Part shown: piece by piece, positions 1 through 8,882 of the stretch
Layout: each line of letters opens with the position of its first letter
How positions within the stretch are numbered: position 1 is the first letter of the stretch
DNA from: Bryobacterales bacterium
GTDB lineage: Bacteria > Acidobacteriota > Terriglobia > Bryobacterales > UBA6623
NCBI GenBank assembly: GCA_965214655.1
Contig: OZ243965.1
Coordinates: 517,716-581,715, forward strand
DNA: 64,000 bases
Reading direction: 5' to 3'
Program-made: the position numbers and the translations under genes
Notes under the pieces: generated by a model
Told to the model about the DNA's origin: nothing
Databases searched by the model: none
What the model saw: only the letters and a program-made list of their open reading frames with translations

Positions 1-3000
1 GCAACTGCTCGATAATGAACCAGTTAAGGTTCTGTCCTTGAACTTTCTGGCGCACAACATAATCGAGCGGAAGAGCGTTGAGATTGGCGACCATAACCGC
101 GACGACGGTAGCGGTTGGTCCGTGACTTCCATTTTCAATGAGGAGCGGAAGAGAATTGCCGGCTCCAACACCGGGAATTAACGCCGCGATCATTGAGCGG
201 ATATTGGTCGGTGCAGTCACATGCTTGAATGCAAGCAGGTACGGCGCTTCCGGGAACGACGTTTCGTTTTTCAACACCCAAAACTGCGGGTCGGGCATCC
301 AGTCCGGGTTGCGGAGTTGCGCCAGGGTAGCCGGCTCGGGCTGCGCGGGCCGATGCACATTCTCGGGGTTGACGACGACTTTCGCGGCGCGGTGGTTGAA
401 CGCCTGCACCATCTTGCCCTCGTAGAGCGGGACCCACTCGCCCGCCGGACTGTTGTAGCGGTTGCCGCCGACGGGCCAGGCGCCCTCCTTTTCCTCGAGT
501 TCCTCGCGCGTGCGGAAGAGGCCGGAATCGTTGGTCATGTGAAACATGGTTGAGTACTTCACCGGCCATGTTTTTTCCTCCTTGCCCGACGAACGGTCGA
601 CCAGCGCCGGCAGGCGGCCGTAGATCGCCGTGGTCAGCTCGGCGTCGCGGCGCGTGCGGAAGATCGGCGCCGTGCCGGTGTTCGGGTTGACGCGGGCAAA
701 GTCCGCCGCCGTCAGCGGGAAGCGGCGCTGGGGGTCGTTGAGCTCGGACACGTCCTGAAGGAAGAAGGCGCATTGCGCCGCGTCGGGCATTGGGGACGGG
801 CTTGCCACGAAGACGCAGAACTTGAAGCGGCTGTCCACGTCCGGGAAAAAGGGCGGCGCGTCGTAGCGCGTGCGGCGGTTCTCGAAATCGTAGAGCGCGC
901 GCAGCCGTCCTTGCGTCGCCACGCCCTTGAAGAACCGCGCCGCCATCTTGTCGGAGGCGATGCCGGACGGCGTGAGCAGCCCGACCATGCCGTCGGGTTT
1001 GACCAGCGCCAGGGCGCGCTCGACGAATAGCGAATAAAGGTTCACGTCGCCGCCGGACAGCAAGGGATAGTCGCCGCACGTCCGCGCCATGCGGACGGCG
1101 GCCGCCGCCCGTTCGTTGGCGGCTGCGAAATCGTCCGCGAGCGGGTCGGCCGCCCTCGTCAGATCGGCAATCATGCGCTTGCGGTCGGAGGCGCGCCGGG
1201 CCATGGCGATCTCACGCCGCCGCGCCGCGAACCATTCGACCTGCTGCAGCTTCATCCGGTCCCAGGGCGGATTGCCGATCACGGCGTCGAAGCCGCCGCG
1301 CAATCGAGCGCTTTCCCACTCCGACCACACCCCGGGAAACGCCGCCTGCCAGTGGAGAAAGCGCTCCTCGGCGACGAGAGTCCGCGCTCTCGCCAACAAT
1401 TCGGCGAATCGCTCGCCCTCCGGCCCTTCCTGCGAGACCTCGATTTTTCCCAGGGCAACGTCGATGGGGTCGCCGAACGCGCCCATCAAATAGGAACCGA
1501 GCGCCTCCTTGTCTTCCCGCTCGCGGACGTTCAGCCAGTCGAAGGCGTGGATCAGGGAGAGAAAGGCATTCAACGGCGCCGTCATTTCCTCGACCTCGGC
1601 GAAGACGTCGGCGGAGCGGTGCGCCTCGGCAATCTCGGCGTCGGTCAGCCCCTCGACGATCTGCATGGGCGCCGCCGAACGAGCGGCCCGGTTCAGCGGC
1701 CCGCGCAGGAAAAGCGCCCCCCCGCGGTTTTCCGCCTTGTCGATGCCGCTGCGCACCCAGGAGCCGAACAGGCTGTCGCCGCAACGGAGGTGGTGATCGA
1801 GAAAGCTCAAAGGCGCGCCGACCGTGAAGGTGTGCAGCCAGAGCGCGACCTTGGCCAATTCCACTGCCATGGGGTTCTTGTCCACGCCGTAAACGCAGCG
1901 CTTGAGCGCCATGCGCCGGACGATATGGCGGTCGTCGAGTTGCTCGTCGTCGACGGTCCAGCCGCGTTCCTCGGCGTTGGCCGCAATCGTATTGCGGATG
2001 ACGTCGATCCGTTCGGTCAAGGGGGACACGTAGCCGTCCCATGCGGCCTCCGCCTCCGCCACGGCCGCGAGCGCGCGGTCGGCGAGATGGTCCACAAGGT
2101 TGACCAGGAAGTGCCCGGAACCCATGGCCGGGTCGCAGATTTTCAATTCCAGCAGCTTCTCGGCCGGGTCGAGCCGACGCAACCGGCCTATCCCGCTTTC
2201 CGCGGGCAGGCGGCCCGCCTCAAACTCCGCAATCTTGGAGTCGAAAGCGTCCTTGCGCGCCCGGGCCAGGGGCCCGATCGTTTCCTCGAGAATCAGGCCG
2301 ACCAGATCGTCGGGCGTGTAGTAGCTGCCCGAGCTCTTGCGGGCGAAGGCGTTCGGGCGCACTGCGATCTTGCCGCCGCTGCGGACGATTTCGTGTTCGA
2401 GAAGGCGCTCGTAGATCGATCCGAGTTGCTGCACGCCGAGATCGCGGTAGTTGATGTAGCGGCGGCCGTCGGGCGTCCGCTCGAAAGAGAGCGCGTCGAT
2501 GACATCGGCCATGATCCGGTCGCCGAGCCGGATAGCGGCGAGAAGCGGCGTCCGCGCGCGGTCGAAAAGCCCGCCGTTGTACGGTGGCAGGCCGATCGAG
2601 GCGTCGCCCTCGTCGATGGCCCGGCAAAGGTCGTCGACAGCGGACCAATAGCGTGCGGCGGTCTCGGAAAATACGTCGTTGCGGTTCTTGCGCCGCATGA
2701 CGTCGCCGCGCACCTTCTCGCGCAGAGCGTAATCGTCGTAGCGCGCGTCGCGTACCGGCAGCAGCCCGCGGTCCTCGGCATAGAGGATGAACAGCAGACG
2801 GTAGAGCAGGATCAGAGCGGCCTCGCGCACCTCGGGCAACGGCGCATCCGGCGCTGCGGCGGCGATGGCTGCGGCAAGATCCGGGAAAACTTCATCGAAA
2901 ACCAGATCGGAAAGGTCGGCGGCGACGCGCTGTTCGTAAAGCCGGCTTTCTTCCATGGCGCGGCGATGGAACGTGCGCGGATCGACCGTACCGGGAAGGA

Positions 3001-3691
3001 ACGCCTCGCGCCGGAAGATCAACGCGAACACCGCCAGCCAATGGCGGCGAGCGCGCTCTTCGAGAGCGAACAGGCCGTCGTTGCGCCCGGGAAGGTCGAG
3101 CACGGCCGCGAGATCGATCTCGAAGAACTGTTGCGAAACCGAGCGGGCGCCGGAGAAATAGAGCCGCCAGCGCACGCCGTTGGTGAGGATGCCCCAGCGC
3201 AGCTTGCCCGCCGTCAGATCGTCCGCGCGCCGCAGATAACGGAGCATCTGCGTCGAAGGCGCGGTTTCCTCGCCGCGCCGCCCGGAACGGCGGTCGAGCG
3301 GGCGCAGCCAGCGCTTGGACTCGAAGATCGCCTTGCCGAGAGCGTAGCGTTCCGATTCCTTGACGAGCCGGTTGGCGCGGTCTTTCGCCCCATCGTCCGC
3401 GAATAAAAGACCGTCGGGCACATCTTCCCGGCCGCGGGCGCTGAGGTTCTGTTGCCGCAGGCTCGCCGTCCACCCGAGGAGCTCGAGGACAGGCCGGATC
3501 AGATCGTCTTCGGTCTGGCTCTCGTTCGGCGACTGCGCGAGCGGGAACCGTGCGAAGACGGCCCGCAGGCCGCTTTCCAGAACGTCGAGGGCCGCACCGT
3601 CGAGATTCCGCCAATCCGTCGATTCAACGATGGTTTCCCGCAGGAAATCGGCGGCAAACAGGCTGCCCCGAAAGATATTTCCACTGCTCAC
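1..3691 (-). CDS. Type IIG (Eco57I-like) restriction-modification enzyme with fused endonuclease and N6-adenine methyltransferase; 3' end runs off the window
   Basis: Translated by hand; absent from the ORF track because there is no stop in the window. GTG start at 3691 (SSGNIFRGSLF...). PD..ExK-like nuclease motif (EDVPDGLLF...FESK), WGILTNG, MTase motif I DPAMGSGHF (~2110-2140), motif IV GNPPW (~1262-1276) and C-terminal DYVVRQKVQGQNLNWFIIEQL all fall in the same frame. I spot-checked the frame at these motifs, not at every codon. Confidence 0.9.
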   Translation of the reverse strand, partial: MSSGNIFRGSLFAADFLRETIVESTDWRNLDGAALDVLESGLRAVFARFPLAQSPNESQTEDDLIRPVLELLGWTASLRQQNLSARGREDVPDGLLFADDGAKDRANRLVKESERYALGKAIFESKRWLRPLDRRSGRRGEETAPSTQMLRYLRRADDLTAGKLRWGILTNGVRWRLYFSGARSVSQQFFEIDLAAVLDLPGRNDGLFALEERARRHWLAVFALIFRREAFLPGTVDPRTFHRRAMEESRLYEQRVAADLSDLVFDEVFPDLAAAIAAAAPDAPLPEVREAALILLYRLLFILYAEDRGLLPVRDARYDDYALREKVRGDVMRRKNRNDVFSETAARYWSAVDDLCRAIDEGDASIGLPPYNGGLFDRARTPLLAAIRLGDRIMADVIDALSFERTPDGRRYINYRDLGVQQLGSIYERLLEHEIVRSGGKIAVRPNAFARKSSGSYYTPDDLVGLILEETIGPLARARKDAFDSKIAEFEAGRLPAESGIGRLRRLDPAEKLLELKICDPAMGSGHFLVNLVDHLADRALAAVAEAEAAWDGYVSPLTERIDVIRNTIAANAEERGWTVDDEQLDDRHIVRRMALKRCVYGVDKNPMAVELAKVALWLHTFTVGAPLSFLDHHLRCGDSLFGSWVRSGIDKAENRGGALFLRGPLNRAARSAAPMQIVEGLTDAEIAEAHRSADVFAEVEEMTAPLNAFLSLIHAFDWLNVREREDKEALGSYLMGAFGDPIDVALGKIEVSQEGPEGERFAELLARARTLVAEERFLHWQAAFPGVWSEWESARLRGGFDAVIGNPPWDRMKLQQVEWFAARRREIAMARRASDRKRMIADLTRAADPLADDFAAANERAAAAVRMARTCGDYPLLSGGDVNLYSLFVERALALVKPDGMVGLLTPSGIASDKMAARFFKGVATQGRLRALYDFENRRTRYDAPPFFPDVDSRFKFCVFVASPSPMPDAAQCAFFLQDVSELNDPQRRFPLTAADFARVNPNTGTAPIFRTRRDAELTTAIYGRLPALVDRSSGKEEKTWPVKYSTMFHMTNDSGLFRTREELEEKEGAWPVGGNRYNSPAGEWVPLYEGKMVQAFNHRAAKVVVNPENVHRPAQPEPATLAQLRNPDWMPDPQFWVLKNETSFPEAPYLLAFKHVTAPTNIRSMIAALIPGVGAGNSLPLLIENGSHGPTATVVAVMVANLNALPLDYVVRQKVQGQNLNWFIIEQL

Positions 3692-3703
3692 GCGCCGGTT
3701 TGC

Positions 3704-4765
3704 CTAAGCGACGTGGGCGCCCTGCGTCTCCACGTAAACCGAGTAGAGGCTTTGGCTTGCCGTCATGAAGAGGCGGTTGCGCTTGGCGCCGCCGAAACAG
3801 ACATTGGAGCAGATTTCGGGCAGCTTGATCAGTCCGATGCGGGCGCCGTCCGGCGCAAAGACGTGTACGCCGTCGTAGCCGTCGCCCACCCAGCCGGCCG
3901 ACGACCAGACGTTGCCGTCGATGTCGCAGCGGATGCCGTCGGCGTTGCCGGCCTGGTCGAAGCCCTCCATCTTCATCGAGACGAAGCGCTTGCCGCCGGT
4001 CAGCCTGCGCCCGCCGGCCACGTTCCAGACCTTGATTTCGCGCTCCGCTTCGGGGTAGTGGGAGGCGCCGGTGTCGGCAATGTACAGCTTTTTGTAGTCG
4101 GGCGAAAAACAAAGGCCGTTGGGCTTGTATATCTCGTCGGTGACCAGAACCATCTTGCCGCTTTGGCCGTCGATGCGGTAAACGGCTTCCTTGATCTCGA
4201 GCGGGCCTTTGTTGCCCTCGTAGTTCATCAACGAGCCGTAGCCGGGATCGGTGAACCAGATGTTGCCGTCGGGATCGACGACGACGTCGTTGGGGGCGTT
4301 GAGGCGCTTGCCCCGCCACTCGTCGGCCAGAACGGTAACGGCGCCGCTGTGCTCGTAGCGCACCAGGCGGCGGTTGCCGTGCTCGCAGGAGAGTTGGCGG
4401 CCCCGCCAATCGAACGTGTTGCCGTTGGAGTTGCCCGAAGGCCGGCGGAACGTGCTGACGTGGCCGTCTTCCTCGAGCCAGCGAAGCTGCACGTTGTTGG
4501 GGATGTCGGAATAGACCAGGTAACGGCCGACGGCGTTCCAGGCCGGCCCCTCGGCCCACAGCGTGCCGACGTGCAGGCGCTGAATCGGCGTATTGCCGAG
4601 CTTGTATTTGTCGAAGCGCTTGTCGAGCGAGACGATGTCGGGGTCCGGATAACGGGTCGGGGTCACGTTGGTCCAGTCGCGCTGCGCCCGGGCGGCAAGC
4701 GGGGCGGCGGCTGCGCCGGCGGCGGCGCGCAGGAAAGAACGGCGGTTCAGGTCGGTTTTTTGCAT
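3704..4765 (-). CDS. SMP-30/gluconolactonase/LRE family protein with Tat signal
   Basis: N-terminal NRRSFLR; motifs WAEGPAW, LNAPNDVVV, PNGLCFSPD, ADGIRCD. Confidence 0.92.
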   Translation of the reverse strand: MQKTDLNRRSFLRAAAGAAAAPLAARAQRDWTNVTPTRYPDPDIVSLDKRFDKYKLGNTPIQRLHVGTLWAEGPAWNAVGRYLVYSDIPNNVQLRWLEEDGHVSTFRRPSGNSNGNTFDWRGRQLSCEHGNRRLVRYEHSGAVTVLADEWRGKRLNAPNDVVVDPDGNIWFTDPGYGSLMNYEGNKGPLEIKEAVYRIDGQSGKMVLVTDEIYKPNGLCFSPDYKKLYIADTGASHYPEAEREIKVWNVAGGRRLTGGKRFVSMKMEGFDQAGNADGIRCDIDGNVWSSAGWVGDGYDGVHVFAPDGARIGLIKLPEICSNVCFGGAKRNRLFMTASQSLYSVYVETQGAHVA

Positions 4766-4888
4766 GGCGAAAAGACTTTAGCAAAACCGGGCGGCAGTTG
4801 CCCAATCCGCTTCCCGCGCCCCCGGCGAAGCGGCTCGCCGCGGCGGCGATTGCTTCGGCGGCGCCGATGGGCGTAGTCTGATTGCATC

Positions 4889-6853
4889 ATGCGCCTGCTC
4901 TTCTCTTTGCTGTGTGCGCCGCTTTTGCTTTCGGGGCAAATACCCGAGCGCGACAGCCGCAACACGAATATCCGCCACACGGACACGCACTACGCCATGC
5001 GCGATTACGACCGCGCCGCGTGGGAAGCGCGCGCGGCGTTTCTGCGCAAGCGGATTCTTTTCTCGGCGGGACTCCTGCCGGCGCCCGAGAAGACGCCGCT
5101 GAATCCGCGCTCCGGCGGCAAGACCGTCCACGCGGACTACTCCGTCGAAAACGTCTTGCTGGAAACGTATCCGGGCTATTACCTCGGCGGAAATCTTTAC
5201 CGCCCGGCGGGAAAGACGGGGCCGTTTCCGGCGGTCGTATCGCCGCACGGGCACTGGCGTTACGGGCGTTTCGAGAACTCCGAAATCGGCTCGGTTCCGG
5301 CGCGCGCCGTCAACCTGGCCCGGCAGGGCTACGTCGTCTTCACCTACGACATGGTGGGCTGGAACGATACGATGCAACTGCCGCACGGGTTCGCCGGGCC
5401 GCGGGAGGAGTTGTGGCTGATCGGGACTCTGGGAGTGCAGCTTTGGAACAGCATCCGCGTCGTCGATTACCTGGAATCGTTGGCCGCAGTGGACGCAAGC
5501 CGCATCGCCGCCACCGGCGCCTCCGGCGGCGGAACACAGACGTTTCTGTTGGCGGCGGTCGACGAGCGCATCCGCTACGCCGCGCCGGTCAACATGGTGT
5601 CGTTCCTCATGCAGGGCGGCTCGCGTTGCGAGAACGCGCCGCTGCTGCGGATCGATACGCACAACGTGGAATTCGCGGCGTTGTTCGCGCCGAAGCCGAT
5701 GATGCTGGTGGCGGCGACCGGAGATTGGACGGTAAACACCCCGCGGGAGGAATTTCCGGCGGTGCAGGCGATCTACCGTCTGTTCGACGCCGCGGCGAAC
5801 GTCGAGTCGGAGCAGTTCGATTCGCCGCACAACTATCACCGGGACAGCCGCGAGGCCGTGTACCGCTTCTTCGGCAAGCACGTTCTGGCGGAAGCCGACG
5901 CTTCCCGCTTCCAGGAAAGCCCCGTGCGGCCCGACGGAGTGACGGCGCTGCTCAGCCTGTTCAACCGAACGCTGCCGGAGAACGCGGTCGGCCTCGATGC
6001 GTTCGTGCGGCAGAGAATCGCGGCCGCCGAGGCCGCTACCGCCGTCCTTTTCCCCGGCGGCAAGCAAGCGCTCGAGCGGGCGGAACGGGAGTTTCGCCGG
6101 CGCCTTGGGCAGGCGCTGGCGGTTGAAATCCCCGTAGAAAACGATCTGGTTTCAGCAACCGCGGCGGACGGCCTGCTGGCGATCGGCCGCAAGAGCGCCG
6201 GCGACCGCATTCCCGCAAAGCTGTGGAACGAAGGCGGCGGCGGGGCGCCGACTCTGGCGGTCTTTCCCGGCGGTCATGCCGAGGCGGAGAGTTCCGAGCT
6301 GGGTCGGGCGTTGCTCGCGGCGGGCGGGCCGCTGTTGGCGGTCAACGCGTTCCAGACCGGCGCGGCCGCTGCCCCGCGCGATATCGCCGGAGCGGGCGAC
6401 GACGCCGAGAAATACTTCCGCGTCTTCAACCGCACCGACGACGCCAACCGCGTTCAGGACATTCTCACCGCCCTCGCCTTTTTGCGCAAGAAAACGGGCG
6501 CGGAAACCGTCAACGTAGTCGGCTCCGGCCGGGCCGGCTTGTGGGCCGTTTTGGCCGCGGCGCTGGACGAGGGGCCGCTGCGCATCGCCGCCGATCTCGA
6601 CGGGTTCGACGCTGCCGACGACGCGGCGTATCTCGAAAGCCTCTTCATTCCGGGATTGCGGCGAGCCGGCGACTTCCGCGCGGCGGCCGTTCTGCTTTCC
6701 CGACAGCGGGCGTTCCTGCACAATGTCCACGACGCATTCCCGTCAAGCTGGTGCGAGGCGGCGTTCGCCGCCGCGGACAACGCCGACGGGCTCGCGCTGA
6801 CGAGCGGCGCGGCCGAGCCGCGGCGGATCGTCGATTGGCTGCAAGGCCGTTGA
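4889..6853 (+). CDS. Secreted alpha/beta-hydrolase (acetylxylan esterase-like) with a degenerate second hydrolase domain
   Basis: Signal peptide; SPHGHW; nucleophile elbow GASGGG; YDMVGWND. Confidence 0.8.
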   Translation: MRLLFSLLCAPLLLSGQIPERDSRNTNIRHTDTHYAMRDYDRAAWEARAAFLRKRILFSAGLLPAPEKTPLNPRSGGKTVHADYSVENVLLETYPGYYLGGNLYRPAGKTGPFPAVVSPHGHWRYGRFENSEIGSVPARAVNLARQGYVVFTYDMVGWNDTMQLPHGFAGPREELWLIGTLGVQLWNSIRVVDYLESLAAVDASRIAATGASGGGTQTFLLAAVDERIRYAAPVNMVSFLMQGGSRCENAPLLRIDTHNVEFAALFAPKPMMLVAATGDWTVNTPREEFPAVQAIYRLFDAAANVESEQFDSPHNYHRDSREAVYRFFGKHVLAEADASRFQESPVRPDGVTALLSLFNRTLPENAVGLDAFVRQRIAAAEAATAVLFPGGKQALERAEREFRRRLGQALAVEIPVENDLVSATAADGLLAIGRKSAGDRIPAKLWNEGGGGAPTLAVFPGGHAEAESSELGRALLAAGGPLLAVNAFQTGAAAAPRDIAGAGDDAEKYFRVFNRTDDANRVQDILTALAFLRKKTGAETVNVVGSGRAGLWAVLAAALDEGPLRIAADLDGFDAADDAAYLESLFIPGLRRAGDFRAAAVLLSRQRAFLHNVHDAFPSSWCEAAFAAADNADGLALTSGAAEPRRIVDWLQGR

Positions 6854-6854
6854 A

Positions 6855-7205
6855 GCCCGCCTGTCGCGTCTGGAAGGGGTAGTTTTGACAGCCCTCTTCA
6901 GTCGCCCGCCGCTGGTCGAGTCCGCCGAGCACGGCGATCAAGGCGCCTGCTTGCCGCGCGGGCGCCTCCCGCGAATCGGGAGGTGTTTACAATTGAGATA
7001 TGACGCCTGAGATCATCAGCATTCTGACGGTCGGTATTGCACTCGCCAGCCTGATCTTGAACGGCCAGCGTCAGATGCGGACCGAGTTCACTGATCTGCG
7101 CCGCGAAGTGAGCAGGTTGGATGCCCGCCTGTCGCGTCTGGAAGGGGTAGTTTCGACAGCCCTCTTCAACCGCCCGCCACTGGTCGAATCCGCCGAGCAC
7201 GGCGA
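6855..7205 (+). repeat. 83-bp direct repeat (6855-6937 and 7123-7205)
   Basis: Manual alignment shows 5 mismatches in 83 bp. The second copy is the 3' end of the 69-aa ORF. Confidence 0.9.
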
Positions 7206-7209
7206 CTGA
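7000..7209 (+). CDS. Small protein: N-terminal transmembrane helix plus coiled coil (69 aa)
   Basis: Hydrophobic IISILTVGIALASLIL followed by heptad-like FTDLRREVSRLDARLSRLEG; GGAGG upstream. Confidence 0.7.
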   Translation: MTPEIISILTVGIALASLILNGQRQMRTEFTDLRREVSRLDARLSRLEGVVSTALFNRPPLVESAEHGD

Positions 7210-7342
7210 GCCGCCCCCCGGCAGTCCGTGTTAGAAGTTCCCTTTCAGCGCGGCGGCGGATAGATCAGGGTCTCGCGCACGCTGAGAAACGCAACGTGCA
7301 GCGAGGCATCCTGAACTCCGCCGGGTGCGAAACTAGGACCCT

Positions 7343-8572
7343 ATGCCTTACGACGAGGCCGGCAACTGCGGGCGCATCGCCAAGCTGTGCGCCAAAGGCG
7401 TGGATGTCTGGGGGCCGGAGCGCGTGTGCGTCGGCGCCGACGTCAACCTCGACCGGATCGAGCCCGGCGCTGAAATCCGCCAGGCGACGCTCGCCGGCAA
7501 CTCACTGCGCATCGCGCGGGGAGCGCGGATCGGAACGTCCGGCCACGCGCTGGTCGAAGATTGCCAGATCGGGCGCGGCGCAACGCTGGGCGCGGGCAGT
7601 TACCAGGGCGCAACGCTGCTCGAGGGCGCGCGCATACGCGGATTTGCCGAATTGCGTCCGGGCACGCTGCTCGAAGAAGAGGTCGACGCGGCGCATTCGG
7701 TCGCTTTCAAGAACACGATCCTGACGGCCGGCTGCGTTGCGGGCTCGCTGATCAACTTCTGCGACATTTTCATGAGCGGCGGAACGTCGCGCGCCGACCA
7801 CTCGGAAATCGGTTCCGGGGCGGTTCATTTCAATTTCGACCCGCGCGGCGACAAATGGGGCAGTCTGATCGGCGATGCGCGGGGGTTGCTGCTGCGCTCC
7901 GCCCCGGTGTTCGTCGGCGGGCAATGCGGGCTCGTCGGGCCGGTCCATATCGACTTCGGCACGGTGACGGCCGCGGGCTCCATCGTCCGCAAAGACGTAG
8001 GCGCGGACCTTGTCTACTTCAAAAACGTAGGCAACGCCGAGATACCCGGATTCGACCGCGAGGTCTATGCCGGACTGAAGCGCAAGTTCCTGGCCGCGGC
8101 GAAGCTGATCGGCAATCTGTGGGCCTTCGACCGCTGGTACGAAACCGTCCGCCTGCCGCACGCCGCCGAGCACGAGAAGCCGTTTTACGAGGCCGCCCGC
8201 GCGCAAGCCGCAGTGCACCGCAAGGAACGCATCGCGCGTCTGGGAAAGATCGTCGAAAAGCTTCCGCGGTCGATCGAGAAACTGGTTGCCGGCGGCGACG
8301 CCAAGCTCAAGGCGTGCCTGCCCGAACAGCGCATGCTGATCGACCGCTGGCCGGCTCTGGCGGAGTTGCTGTCGGCGAAACCGGATGCTCCGGAGCCTCC
8401 CAGGGCGTTCCTCGACGGCTACGGCGAGGCGCGGGCGGCGGGCCGGAGCCATGCAGAAGCGGCGCGGAATTGCCCGGCGGGCGCCGCCGAAACGGCCGCG
8501 TGGCTGCACGGCATCGCCGAACAGGCGCCACAAAAAACAGCAGCGATGCTTTTGTCGGGCGCAAAGCCTTGA
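7343..8572 (+). CDS. Left-handed beta-helix (hexapeptide repeat) GlmU-C-like protein lacking the nucleotidyltransferase domain
   Basis: Hexapeptide pattern; SEIGSGAVHFNF and PVFVGGQCGLVGPVHIDFGTVTAAGSIVRKDV resemble GlmU-like acetyltransferase families. Confidence 0.65.
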   Translation: MPYDEAGNCGRIAKLCAKGVDVWGPERVCVGADVNLDRIEPGAEIRQATLAGNSLRIARGARIGTSGHALVEDCQIGRGATLGAGSYQGATLLEGARIRGFAELRPGTLLEEEVDAAHSVAFKNTILTAGCVAGSLINFCDIFMSGGTSRADHSEIGSGAVHFNFDPRGDKWGSLIGDARGLLLRSAPVFVGGQCGLVGPVHIDFGTVTAAGSIVRKDVGADLVYFKNVGNAEIPGFDREVYAGLKRKFLAAAKLIGNLWAFDRWYETVRLPHAAEHEKPFYEAARAQAAVHRKERIARLGKIVEKLPRSIEKLVAGGDAKLKACLPEQRMLIDRWPALAELLSAKPDAPEPPRAFLDGYGEARAAGRSHAEAARNCPAGAAETAAWLHGIAEQAPQKTAAMLLSGAKP

Positions 8573-8597
8573 CAGCCCCCCTCTGCCGGGGTATAAA
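8569..8597 (+). promoter_or_regulatory. Sigma70-type promoter
   Basis: TTGACA (8569-8574), 17-bp spacer, TATAAA (8592-8597). Confidence 0.8.
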
Positions 8598-8603
8598 GAA
8601 ATC

Positions 8604-8816
8604 GCCCTTCGGGGCGGAAACTTTCTCAAGGAGGTTAATCATAGAACCACCGATCGCGAATGGGCGGTCGCGCAGAAAGCCGAAGCGCAACGGAGATTCC
8701 CAAGCGATTCTTCGTTGACTGACGCCAAGCCGAAGTTTCCGCAATCGCGCGGGCCGGGGCGTAGAGCCTCTCAGGCGTCAGGAGCCGAAGCGCAGGCGCG
8801 GCCGCTCTTTCCTTTT
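8604..8816 (+). ncRNA. Candidate structured sRNA or regulatory leader (family not recognised)
   Basis: Follows the near-consensus promoter. Several complementary stems, AGCCGAAG three times, and a final hairpin followed by a T-rich tract. Confidence 0.4.
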
Positions 8817-8882
8817 CGCATATCGGCCTTTTCGCATATCGGCTTGACTGCGGCCGCGGCGGTCCGTCAGTCTGGGGAAACC

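Noticed and set aside
135-3406. Long ORF-track entries (e.g. 1352-3406 +, 135-1079 -)
   Set aside because: Shadow ORFs of the type IIG gene in GC-rich DNA; no motifs, Arg/Ala/Pro-rich.
6855-7205. DGR template/variable repeat pair
   Set aside because: Mismatches are not confined to adenines of one copy, and no reverse transcriptase is in the window.
8720-8781. Glycine riboswitch (CCGAAG...GCAA...CTCTCAGG words)
   Set aside because: The upstream GGAGAG is missing, TTTCC cannot pair with CTCTC as P3 requires, and the downstream gene is unrelated to glycine. Retained only as an unassigned RNA.
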